Below, piece after piece: positions 38,864-47,966 of a stretch of 64,000 bases of DNA. Positions within the stretch are counted from its first letter, which is position 1, and each line of letters begins with the position of its first letter. Both the position numbers and the translations under genes were made by a program. The stretch is from assembly GCA_965207885.1 (NCBI GenBank), contig OZ242311.1:2976001-3040000 (forward strand), given 5' to 3'. The notes below the pieces were generated by a model. It saw nothing but the letters and a program-made list of their open reading frames with translations. It was not told the DNA's origin and did no database searches. The DNA is from Candidatus Latescibacterota bacterium. Its GTDB lineage: Bacteria; Latescibacterota; UBA2968.

Positions 38864-40879
38864 TCAAGCCTGCCCAACCACTAAAAACGGCAAGGCATCC
38901 CGTATTTCGATTTGGAAGTCGCGAGACACTGTTTCGACTTCTCCCGTGCATAGATGATAGATGTGAACGGGGCTGATGTCGAGTGAAAATTCAAGGGTGT
39001 CGAGATCGAAAATATCTCGGGCAGGTAGTACGAGAGCAAGTCTGCGATGGGTGTTGTTGAGATACAGGATGCGATTGTTGTCCTGTGTTTTTTCGCGAGG
39101 ATCTGTAAAGGTGGTGTCGTGAACGGGACTGTTGAGGAGGGTGTTGAGACAACGCAGGGTGTGAAAAGGGGGGCGAGGGTTGCGGAGGGTGTCGAGCAGT
39201 CCATGTGTGATATCCATTGTGCGGTCAAAGTCGGTGAGTGGATCGATGAATAGGCGGGTGCCAGGCAGACGTACAATGGCAAATGTGGCTTCGGCAATTC
39301 GGCTGGCATTGGTGTTGTCGTTCTGCGCGTCTAATTCGAGTGAGACATCGATGTGACCGATATTCGAGTATTTGCGTTCGCTAAGGGCTTGGATATAGGT
39401 CCAGGGCGATTCGTTGGGTGGCACGCGACAGAGTACGCGTTGAAGGTGAATATCGGCGTTTTGGAGACTCTCGAGTTCGTTGTGGTGATAACCCATTCGG
39501 GTTCGCAGGTGTTGTTTGCCGTGTACGCGCTCGTTGGGGATGATCGGGCAAATCGAGAGTTCTGCGAGTTTTGCGCATTGGTTGAGTGTTTCGCAAACTT
39601 CACCGGATAGTTGCGCGAGATTAGATATCTGAATTTCCCAGTTCTGTATGAGATCAAGGTTGGCTTTGATGTGTTCGGGCAATGAGGTGATGCGCGGTTC
39701 GAGGAATGTGGCAATGGGCGCTATCCCTTCGGTGCGGAGCATTTCGAGGCGCGTGCGCTGAATGGAGTCGCGCAGGTCGCGCCAGGGGAAGCGTACGAAT
39801 TTAGCGCCGAGTTCTATACAGGCCAGAAGATGCTGGTCATTGCGTACTTTTTGACGTATGACAGAGGGATATGCAATTGGGACCTCCGCAATGGGCGTGA
39901 TGGGGTGGCGAAGGGTGAGTCCAATGGGAGAAGACAGAGTGGCGGATGTGCAGGTGACGAGGCGGTCGCGGGCAGGGCGTTTTGTTTCGCCTTTTGTGCG
40001 GATGAAGTGGATGTCGGTGTGATCGGCGCGTATGCGGAGGAGATAAAATCCCAGCTTGCCCGTGTCGTCTCGCCCCTGTTCGGGTGGCGGCGCACTGGCG
40101 TAGAGATGACCGAATCCCGGGCGCGTAAACGATACAGAAGGGGTGATGAAATAGCGTGTTTTGCCGATTTTGTCGTAAAAGGGATAGTGTACGTGTGCCG
40201 TGAAGAGGAGTTCGATCCCGTATTTTTGAATCAGTGCAAAGAGGCGGTCTCGATCTGGTGGGCTAATATTGTCATAGTGTCCCAATCCCGGCTCATTGTT
40301 ATCCCAAAGATAGAGGGGGAGGTGAAAAAAGAGGAAGAGTCGCTGGTTTTGATGTGCCGCGAGGTCGGATTCAAACCATTCCCACTGGTCGTCTGCTTCG
40401 GGGAGTTTTGAGTTGAAGATCTGAGAATTGAGTACGATAAAGTGACACAGGTCGCGGTCGAAACTGTACCAGGAAGGACCAAAGAGGCGGTGGAAGAATG
40501 CGAGCGATTCCGCGGTTGCCCAATGGGTGGGCATGGTGGGATCAGCTTTGTCGCCGACATCGTGATTGCCAGCGACATAGTGGGGAGAAATATTACAGGC
40601 GTGTATCTGATCGCGCGCTTCGAGCATCGCGCGTTTGAAGTCCGGCGTTTCGGGATATTCCTGGACGAGGTCGCCCATGTGGATGACAAAGTTCGCCCCA
40701 ATATCTGCGACCTGTTGCAGGGCTGTGCCGGCGCGTTGGGTTTGCACGCGGCGCGATTCAAATTCGAGGGGACGGTCGCCAGCGTCAATCATGTAATGCG
40801 TGTCGGCGATGACCACACATTCAAATTGAGCCGGGGGGAGGTGGGTTTTATCGAAGATTATTCTTTTTCTGCCTTCCAT
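38864..40879 (-). CDS. Metallophosphoesterase domain with uncharacterised C-terminal region
   Basis: ADTH, HMGD, GNHD, FFHLP and TAHVH. Confidence 0.8.
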   Translation of the reverse strand: MEGRKRIIFDKTHLPPAQFECVVIADTHYMIDAGDRPLEFESRRVQTQRAGTALQQVADIGANFVIHMGDLVQEYPETPDFKRAMLEARDQIHACNISPHYVAGNHDVGDKADPTMPTHWATAESLAFFHRLFGPSWYSFDRDLCHFIVLNSQIFNSKLPEADDQWEWFESDLAAHQNQRLFLFFHLPLYLWDNNEPGLGHYDNISPPDRDRLFALIQKYGIELLFTAHVHYPFYDKIGKTRYFITPSVSFTRPGFGHLYASAPPPEQGRDDTGKLGFYLLRIRADHTDIHFIRTKGETKRPARDRLVTCTSATLSSPIGLTLRHPITPIAEVPIAYPSVIRQKVRNDQHLLACIELGAKFVRFPWRDLRDSIQRTRLEMLRTEGIAPIATFLEPRITSLPEHIKANLDLIQNWEIQISNLAQLSGEVCETLNQCAKLAELSICPIIPNERVHGKQHLRTRMGYHHNELESLQNADIHLQRVLCRVPPNESPWTYIQALSERKYSNIGHIDVSLELDAQNDNTNASRIAEATFAIVRLPGTRLFIDPLTDFDRTMDITHGLLDTLRNPRPPFHTLRCLNTLLNSPVHDTTFTDPREKTQDNNRILYLNNTHRRLALVLPARDIFDLDTLEFSLDISPVHIYHLCTGEVETVSRDFQIEIRDALPFLVVGQA

Positions 40880-41286
40880 TCGGCGATTTTTTCATCGGCT
40901 TTGCGGCGCAGTTCGCGGCCCTTGTCCGGGGTGGGGTCTTCTATGAGGCCATAGACCTGGCGGCCTTCGTGATCTTCGGGTAAGTATTCGGTAATGGGCA
41001 TGCCTTCGGGGGTGACAAAGAGCAGGCAGTGACAGTATTTGAAAATTTTCATTTCGTCACAGGCACAGACCCATTCGCGGCTGCGTTCGAGTTCGGCCTT
41101 TTTGTCGGGATAAAAGTTGCAGGGACAAAGCGGGCGACCCAGTTCATCGATATTTTCTGCAAGACCGCAGATGACCGTATCGGCGACTTCTCGGGTCGGA
41201 TGCGGCGATGTCCCGGTTTTTTCCCAGTATTTTTCCGTGTATATCTGCATTCTTTTGAGGCTTTTTTCTGTGGGTTCAGACGACAT
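40858..41286 (-). CDS. Ferredoxin-thioredoxin reductase catalytic (beta) subunit
   Basis: LCPC...WVCAC...YCHCLLFV Cys pattern. Confidence 0.85.
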   Translation of the reverse strand: MSSEPTEKSLKRMQIYTEKYWEKTGTSPHPTREVADTVICGLAENIDELGRPLCPCNFYPDKKAELERSREWVCACDEMKIFKYCHCLLFVTPEGMPITEYLPEDHEGRQVYGLIEDPTPDKGRELRRKADEKIAEWKAEKE

Positions 41287-41321
41287 GGCGTGTACCTCCA
41301 GATTTTGGGATTTTGTGTGGG

Positions 41322-42134
41322 CTACAAGTAGCTGTTGAGATAATCCATAGATTTTCGGAGTTCTGCTCTGGCATCACCCGGAGGGATGCTGCATTCAAAG
41401 CCGCAGTAGTGCTCGTAGCCGATGTCGGACAGTGCTTTGAGCGGGGGACCAAAATCCGTGTGACCATAGCCCGGCAAGATGCGATTGCTGTCGGCCAGAT
41501 GCACATTGGCGATGTGTTTGCCCCCTGCGCGGATGGCTTCGGCGAGGTCGGCTTCTTCGATGCTCATGTGAAAGAGATCGGCCATGGTGGCGATAGCGGG
41601 GCTGCCCACGGCTTCGCAGATTTCAACGCCCTGGGCAACCGTGCAGGGCCACCACTGTTCGTAGCGATTCAAGGGTTCTATGATCAGACGACTGCCACAC
41701 GCTTCGGCGTGCGGTGCGATGTCCTGCTTGAGAATTTCGATGAGAAGATCTTTTTCAAGTGTAGATGTACTGTACAGGGGAGAAAGATCGGGAATGCGTT
41801 GACCTCCGCCCATTTTGATGCCGATAAGCGGTGGGAAAATTACACCTATACCGCCGACTTCCGTACACAGAGTCAGGGCGTCGTTAATGGATTTTATGGC
41901 TGCGTTGCGTTCCTGGGGGCGCGCGTCGAGCAGACCTTTACTGCCCCGGGAAGAGCAGATATTGGGCACGATACCCGTCGCGTCTGATGCTGCTTTGATC
42001 TCATCTGCAAAATCTGCGGTGCTGCTATTGGTGATTTCAATGCCGGAAAAACCGAGTTCTTTGAGCGTCTGGAATTTCTCCATCAGGGTGTTGCCAGGAG
42101 CCATGGGTTCGCGAAGAGAATATTTGATGGTCAT
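41322..42134 (-). CDS. Sugar phosphate isomerase/epimerase (xylose-isomerase-like TIM barrel)
   Basis: IEPLNRYE, DLFHMSIEE, VHLADSNR..PG.GH and GFEC. Confidence 0.88.
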   Translation of the reverse strand: MTIKYSLREPMAPGNTLMEKFQTLKELGFSGIEITNSSTADFADEIKAASDATGIVPNICSSRGSKGLLDARPQERNAAIKSINDALTLCTEVGGIGVIFPPLIGIKMGGGQRIPDLSPLYSTSTLEKDLLIEILKQDIAPHAEACGSRLIIEPLNRYEQWWPCTVAQGVEICEAVGSPAIATMADLFHMSIEEADLAEAIRAGGKHIANVHLADSNRILPGYGHTDFGPPLKALSDIGYEHYCGFECSIPPGDARAELRKSMDYLNSYL

Positions 42135-42224
42135 AATCAGTTCCGTGGAAATTTATGGTAACGCATACAGACAATATACTGTCTTATGGATAAATAGCAA
42201 GTTCAGGGCGACTACGCTCTCGCA

Positions 42225-42362
42225 CTTTCACTGCAATGAGAATTTTCTCGCAACGGCGCCTGCCGTTTATCCCAAGCACACCTGCGCGATTTCTCTCTAA
42301 ATTTCCCTCAGTTTTTTGAGTACATATTCAGATTTCTGATTTTTCCAACCCTCTCATCTCGA
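42225..42362 (+). repeat. Degenerate direct repeat copy A: decayed 3' end of the beta-barrel gene plus downstream sequence
   Basis: Aligns with gaps to 51429-51568. Its last codons read YPKHTCAISL* versus FYRKHTSAISVAISL*. Confidence 0.85.
42308..42339 (+). promoter_or_regulatory. Candidate tandem upstream activator sites for a sigma54 activator
   Basis: Two TCAG-N5-TGA palindromes starting at 42308 and 42328 (20 bp apart), 110-140 bp upstream of a -24/-12 promoter. Confidence 0.55.
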
Positions 42363-42448
42363 CCGAGACGCAGGAAAAAACCGATTTTTTACATGATTGG
42401 CTCCTGAAAATCCATCTCCAGGCAGTAAACGGGAGGTAAGTAGTTCTT

Positions 42449-42464
42449 TGGCACGTGTTTTGCT
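42449..42464 (+). promoter_or_regulatory. Sigma54 (-24/-12) promoter
   Basis: TGGCACG-TGTT-TTGCT matches the TGGCACG-N4-TTGCW consensus, 50 bp before the ATG. Confidence 0.85.
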
Positions 42465-42513
42465 TGTATCTGGGTGAAACAGTTTGGCCCAACCCAACAT
42501 TGGAGGTGTAGAG

Positions 42514-44772
42514 ATGCTGCGATTTGTGATGGCGGTGCTGTTCTCTTTAATGCCAGGGGCTGCTCTGGCAGACGGAATAATTATCCCCGAACCGTGGATA
42601 GAGCTTGCGATTGCGCGGCATCTGGTGAAAGTGCGTATCCAGGATCAGGCGGTAGTGACGGAGATTGATCAGTCTTTTCTAAATCTGGGAAGAGCTGGGG
42701 AAGTGGAGGGCACCTATATGTTCCCGATTCCTGAAAGAGCCGCGATTTCGGCTTTTTCGATGTTTGTAGATGGAAAGGCACTCGCGGCAGAACTCCTCCC
42801 GGCGGATGAGGCGAGGCAGATTTATACGGAAATTGTGCGACAGCGGATCGATCCGGCCCTGCTGGAGTATGCTGGGCGAGGAGCTTATCGCGCCCGGATT
42901 TTCCCCATTGTAGCAGGAGTGGAAAAGCGGGTACAGTTGTCCTACAGCGAGGTCATTCGGGAGCGAAACGAGGTGCGAAAATATGTGTATCCACTAAATA
43001 CAGAGAAATTCTCGGCACGTCCACTGAAGGTGGTATCGGTGCAGGTTGAGATCGCTTCTGAAGATCCGATCAAGAATGTGTATTCGCCTTCGCACCCCAT
43101 TGAGATTCAGCGGACAGACGACCACCATGTGACGGTGGTGTATTCGGACGAAGAGACCACGCCTAACACGGACTTTGTGCTCTATTACAGTGTGTCTCGA
43201 GATGACGTAGGAATGAATGCTTTGACGTACCGAGAGGCGGGACAGGACGGATTTTATATGCTTCTCGCAGCGCCCCGCGTAGAGGTGCAGGCAGATCAGG
43301 CTGCAAAAAAACGGATTGCGCTGGTGCTGGACCGATCGGGCAGTATGAGGGGTGAAAAGATGGCACAGGCCCGGGAGGCTATGAAGTTTGTGCTGCGCAA
43401 TCTGAATTCACAGGATGTGTTTAATATTTTTGATTATAGCACTCTATCCGCGTCATTTGCTCCGGATATGCTGCTGGCAACCTCTGAAAATACTTCGACT
43501 GCAATTGCTTATGTGAATATGCTGGAGGCGGGTGGCGGTACCAATATTCACGAGGCGCTGGTAGTGGCACTGAATCAGCTTAAGGGCGACGATTACCTGA
43601 ATATGGTGCTGTTTATGACGGACGGGATCGCAACCGTCGGAGTGACGGAGAATGAAGAAATCCTGAAAGAGGTGCAGACCCGCAATGCCCTGGCGGCGCG
43701 GATATTTGCATTTGGAGTGGGTTTTGACGTGAACACACACCTTTTGGATTTGCTGGGTAGCCAGAACCGAGGCACGTCAGCTTATGTCAAACCAGGAGAG
43801 GATATTGAGGCAGAGGTGTCGGCATTTTACACGCAGGTGAGCCATCCAGTGCTTTCGGAACTGAAGTTGACGTATGGCGGGATATCCATAAGCGATATGT
43901 ATCCACGGGTACTGCCGGATCTGTTCAAGGGGTCACAGATTGTTCAGTTTGGGCGGTATGCAGACAGTGGGACAACGTCTATTGAGTTCTCGGGCGCAGC
44001 CAATGGAGAAAGAATGACCTTCTCTCGTCAAATGGAATTTCCCGAGGAAGCAGCAGAACACAACTTTCTTCCCCGGCTGTGGGCAACGCGAAAGATCGGC
44101 TTTTTGTTGAATCAAATCCGGTTGAATGGAGAAGTGAAGGAACTGGTTGACGAAATTGTGAGCCTGAGCCGCACGTATGGCATTATTACGCCCTATACGT
44201 CTTTTTTGATTGTGGAAGATACGCCTCCGGGGCCGTTTGCGCTTCCAACCGGATTCACAGATCAGCAAGGGGCGGATGCAGTGGCGGCGTCCGAAGCCAC
44301 ACGTGATATGGCCGGGGCTGTGGCAGCACCCTCACCCAACGTGGTTTCCCGAGAAGGCGGCGTGCGTACGGTGGGCATAAAGACGTTTTATTTGAGAGAT
44401 GGCGTATGGAAAGATGCGGGTTATACCGAGGGAGAACCGGTTATTGAGTATCGGTTTGGCAGCGACCGATATTTTGAGTTGCTGGATCAGTTTCCGGATC
44501 TGGGACCGTACCTGGCGCTGGGTACGGACGTGATCTTCAAAAACCGCGGGGTTGTCTATCGGATTTGGGAACGGATTAATAGTCTGGACAAACACAGGAT
44601 TGATTTTAGTGGCGATGGGCGTGTGGATTTCAGTGATTTTTTGCTCTTTGTCCAGGGGTATAGAAAGGCGGAAGGCGAAGCGGGTTATAACGCTGCATAC
44701 GATCTGGATGGGAATAAATACGTTGATTTTCAAGATTTTATGATTTTTTCGTCTCTGTACGGGAGGCAATAA
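42514..44772 (+). CDS. Secreted VIT + VWA (ITIH-like) protein with C-terminal EF-hand/dockerin-like tag
   Basis: Signal peptide (ALA-DG), VIT region (EGTYMFP, DPALLEY), MIDAS DRSGS...GGT...TDG, and the repeats DFSGDGRVDFSDF / DLDGNKYVDFQDF. Confidence 0.88.
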   Translation: MLRFVMAVLFSLMPGAALADGIIIPEPWIELAIARHLVKVRIQDQAVVTEIDQSFLNLGRAGEVEGTYMFPIPERAAISAFSMFVDGKALAAELLPADEARQIYTEIVRQRIDPALLEYAGRGAYRARIFPIVAGVEKRVQLSYSEVIRERNEVRKYVYPLNTEKFSARPLKVVSVQVEIASEDPIKNVYSPSHPIEIQRTDDHHVTVVYSDEETTPNTDFVLYYSVSRDDVGMNALTYREAGQDGFYMLLAAPRVEVQADQAAKKRIALVLDRSGSMRGEKMAQAREAMKFVLRNLNSQDVFNIFDYSTLSASFAPDMLLATSENTSTAIAYVNMLEAGGGTNIHEALVVALNQLKGDDYLNMVLFMTDGIATVGVTENEEILKEVQTRNALAARIFAFGVGFDVNTHLLDLLGSQNRGTSAYVKPGEDIEAEVSAFYTQVSHPVLSELKLTYGGISISDMYPRVLPDLFKGSQIVQFGRYADSGTTSIEFSGAANGERMTFSRQMEFPEEAAEHNFLPRLWATRKIGFLLNQIRLNGEVKELVDEIVSLSRTYGIITPYTSFLIVEDTPPGPFALPTGFTDQQGADAVAASEATRDMAGAVAAPSPNVVSREGGVRTVGIKTFYLRDGVWKDAGYTEGEPVIEYRFGSDRYFELLDQFPDLGPYLALGTDVIFKNRGVVYRIWERINSLDKHRIDFSGDGRVDFSDFLLFVQGYRKAEGEAGYNAAYDLDGNKYVDFQDFMIFSSLYGRQ

Positions 44773-44898
44773 AGCTTTGCGACAGATGGAAGGCACAGAA
44801 AAGAGACCGGTCTTTGCATCGGCAGAATGGTTATTATCTGAAATCCTGTGAATAACAGGGCAAAATCAGCACTTCACTTTACACAAGGAGATTCTCCA

Positions 44899-46374
44899 AT
44901 GAACGCACTTTCTTTTCAACGGCCGGTGACTACAACCTTTCTCGCGCTTTCAATCACGGTCCTGGCAACCCTCTTCCCATCTCGTGTAACCTCCCAGCTC
45001 ATCGGGATCAAATCGGTCCCCGTCGCGACTGGAGACCAATTCCTGATCTATCCCTCGGCGAATCTGGCACTCGGGGGCGTATCGATCGCGATGAACGACC
45101 TCCTCCTCGATCCCTTCTCCAACCCGGCGAAAGGCGCGCGACTCGGAGAGACACTGATTGTGGGATCTCCGACCTTCTATTTGATCTCCGACCACAATGG
45201 CGCAGGGCGCACAATTCCAATCACCTTCCTCGCGGGATCGGATAGCTGGTTCGGGGGCGGCTCCTTCGCGCTCCAACAGATCATGGCCGCGGACCGCTGG
45301 AATTGGTGGGGTCCGAACACCGGGCAGCCGCTGCGTGACCGCTCGGCCAGGAACCTCTATTTACACGGATTCTTCGGACGGATGCTCGCAGAGAGCGGGC
45401 TCTCCCTCGGCGGAAGCCTCTCCTGGGCCGGACTGGGTGCCCTCGATGGTGTCGAGCACCTCTACGCCTTCAGCGAACGGATCGAACAAGATGGCCATAG
45501 TGTGGATCTGCGCCTCGGCCTTCTCGGCGAATGGGAGAGCGGACGGTCTTTCGAGGTACTCCTTCTCCACAACCGCTTCGACATGACGCACGAGGTTCAC
45601 TATCTGGATTGGATCTGGCACCAGGATCGGGAAATCGGAGAGGGAGTGCCGCGCATGGAACGAAATCTCGATCAGACGAATACGTCGGGTCTCCATTTGG
45701 GATTCACCCAGCCCCTGACCAGGAGTGGATGGCGCTTCGGAGCCGCGACGACCGTGAACCGGAAGTTGCATCCCAAGATCCCGAACTACGAGATCCAGAA
45801 CATCCCCCGGGATCCGGGCGATTCCTGGGCGTATGACTTTGGCGTGGGTATTGCCAAGACCGGAGAGAGGGCAACCTATGGGATCGACCTCGTTCTGGAG
45901 CCGATCTCGAGCTACACGTGGGCTGATGCCGCGAGCGATACGGTCGGATCCATCGGCAATCTGATCCGAGCGGGCGAGAAGACGGTAGAGAACGAGTTCT
46001 CCTTCTTGAACGCGAAAATCAGGATGGGCATTGGGCACGACTTCGGCTGGGGCGGGTTCCAACTCGGTCTGCAGATGCGCTCCATACGGTACGACCTGAC
46101 CCAAACCAGTCACATCAAAGGCTCGACACGGAACCAGAGGGAGAGCTGGATGGAATGGACCCCGAGTTGGGGGCTACACTTCGACCTGGCCGAGTTCGAT
46201 CTCCGCTACAGGGGGCGGCTGATCACTGGAACGGGCCGACCGGGAGTGGCAAGGAACGGCATGGTAGAGCTTGCTGCGGATGCCGACTTCCTCCCCGCGC
46301 CCGAAGGTCCATTGACGTTAAGAGATGCCTGGGTAATGACCCACCAAATCTCGGTGTCGATGCCGATCCGATAG
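44899..46374 (+). CDS. Putative outer-membrane beta-barrel protein of unknown function
   Basis: AAGGAG RBS, signal peptide and alternating beta-strand pattern. Codons are markedly C-ending. Confidence 0.6.
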   Translation: MNALSFQRPVTTTFLALSITVLATLFPSRVTSQLIGIKSVPVATGDQFLIYPSANLALGGVSIAMNDLLLDPFSNPAKGARLGETLIVGSPTFYLISDHNGAGRTIPITFLAGSDSWFGGGSFALQQIMAADRWNWWGPNTGQPLRDRSARNLYLHGFFGRMLAESGLSLGGSLSWAGLGALDGVEHLYAFSERIEQDGHSVDLRLGLLGEWESGRSFEVLLLHNRFDMTHEVHYLDWIWHQDREIGEGVPRMERNLDQTNTSGLHLGFTQPLTRSGWRFGAATTVNRKLHPKIPNYEIQNIPRDPGDSWAYDFGVGIAKTGERATYGIDLVLEPISSYTWADAASDTVGSIGNLIRAGEKTVENEFSFLNAKIRMGIGHDFGWGGFQLGLQMRSIRYDLTQTSHIKGSTRNQRESWMEWTPSWGLHFDLAEFDLRYRGRLITGTGRPGVARNGMVELAADADFLPAPEGPLTLRDAWVMTHQISVSMPIR

Positions 46375-46487
46375 GTCGGTTCGGAACCCATCCAGCAATC
46401 AAACGTTGACAAAACAGGCCCTGTGACGCCATATTACGGGCATGGGGAGGAAGGTGCATCTGGGATGCAGAATCCGGAGTATTTTTG

Positions 46488-47966
46488 ATGGTTTCGCGAG
46501 CAGGCAAAAGGTTACCGTCTCAACACAGGGGCCGCATTGGCCGCAGGCTGGTTGTGACATTTGTTGTTTTCGTATTCCTTGTGGTCGGTAGCACGGGTTG
46601 GATATTGTATCGCCTCACACGCAATAGCCTCGAGCGCCAGATGAGCGACCAACTGCTTGCTATCGCGCAACTTTCGGCGGCGGGTATTGATGGAGATGCG
46701 GTGCGCCACTTGCGTTCGGGGTTTGAGGGTGGCAATCTTCACGCGCGGTTGAGAGCAAAGCTGATCGGGTATCGAGATCTGGTCGGTGCCCGGCGGATTT
46801 ACGTGTTTGACCGGCAGGGACAGAGCCTGCTGGACACAGCGCCCGATGTGCCGATTGGGAGGGAATATACGCGGTTGCGGGTGGACCGAGCGGAATTGGC
46901 CGACGTCTGGCGAGGGCAGGCGTCGCATTCGATTTTGTTTCGGGACAAAGCGGGTGTTTATTATCAATCCGGTTACGCGCCTGTTTATGCCGGAGAGGAA
47001 GTTGTGGCAGCGGTTGGCGTGGATATTGGGGCCGGATTTGTCGAGGCGATTCGAGCAGTTCAGCATTCTGTGTTGATTTTTGGAGGGGTGAGCGTGGTGT
47101 TGACCATAGCGATCGGTTTGGTTCTCGCTCGCACCCTGACCGGGCCGATTCATCGCCTGGTCAACTCTGCACAGGCCATCGGCGAGGGCGACCTCGATCG
47201 ACCAGTGGACCGGTCTGCCGGAGATGAACTGGGTTATTTGGGCCAGACCATGGAGGAAATGCGCCTGAAGATTCTGGACCGCGATGAGCACTTGCGGCAG
47301 ATGCTGGCGGGCGTGGCGCACGAAATTCGCAATCCTCTGGGCGGCATTGAGATTTATGCGGGTTTGATTGCAAGCGATCTACCGGATGACGACGCGCGCA
47401 AGGCCCACATTCAGAAGGTGATCGGAGAGGTGCGCACACTCAATCGGGTGATTTCCGAATTTCTGGACTTTGCCCGACCTTCAGTTGTGCAACCAGTGGA
47501 AGCAGATGTTGCTCGGCTTGTGGAAGAGGTTGTTTTTTTGCTCAGTCCAGAGATGGACGAGGCAGGGGTGCAGTGCATAAGGGAGATTCCACAGGGACTG
47601 AAAGTATTTGTAGATGTTGACCAGTTCAAACGCACGCTGGTCAATCTGGTAAAGAATGGCGTTCAAGCGATGCCAGAAGGAGGTGTGTTGCGGTTGACAG
47701 GTGAAAAAGAGAATGAAAACACGGTCATCAGGGTAGTCGATACGGGTGTGGGCATGGATAGCGCCGTAATCGGGCGCCTGTTCGAACCTTTTTTTACAAC
47801 GGGAGAGGGAGGCTCCGGTTTGGGTATGGCCATTGTGCAGAAAACAGTGAAGGAGAATGGAGGAACTGTTGGCGTTGAAAGCCAGGTAGGCAAGGGCACT
47901 GTATTTGAGGTGGTTTTGCCAGGTAGTCAGAATGACAGATATTTGCGAGAAAGGAAACGAGAGTGA
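46488..47966 (+). CDS. Sensor histidine kinase (2 TM, periplasmic domain, HAMP, HisKA, HATPase)
   Basis: GDELGYL, AHEIRNPL, NLVKNG, DTGVG, FEPFFTT and GSGLG. Confidence 0.93.
   Translation: MVSRAGKRLPSQHRGRIGRRLVVTFVVFVFLVVGSTGWILYRLTRNSLERQMSDQLLAIAQLSAAGIDGDAVRHLRSGFEGGNLHARLRAKLIGYRDLVGARRIYVFDRQGQSLLDTAPDVPIGREYTRLRVDRAELADVWRGQASHSILFRDKAGVYYQSGYAPVYAGEEVVAAVGVDIGAGFVEAIRAVQHSVLIFGGVSVVLTIAIGLVLARTLTGPIHRLVNSAQAIGEGDLDRPVDRSAGDELGYLGQTMEEMRLKILDRDEHLRQMLAGVAHEIRNPLGGIEIYAGLIASDLPDDDARKAHIQKVIGEVRTLNRVISEFLDFARPSVVQPVEADVARLVEEVVFLLSPEMDEAGVQCIREIPQGLKVFVDVDQFKRTLVNLVKNGVQAMPEGGVLRLTGEKENENTVIRVVDTGVGMDSAVIGRLFEPFFTTGEGGSGLGMAIVQKTVKENGGTVGVESQVGKGTVFEVVLPGSQNDRYLRERKRE

Noticed and set aside
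41815-42300. 161-aa plus-strand ORF ending KHTCAISL
   Set aside because: Mostly antisense to the epimerase gene. Only its tail is the decayed repeat copy, so it is not a gene.
45361-47321. Antisense ORFs of 250 and 269 aa
   Set aside because: Shadows of GC-rich sense genes.
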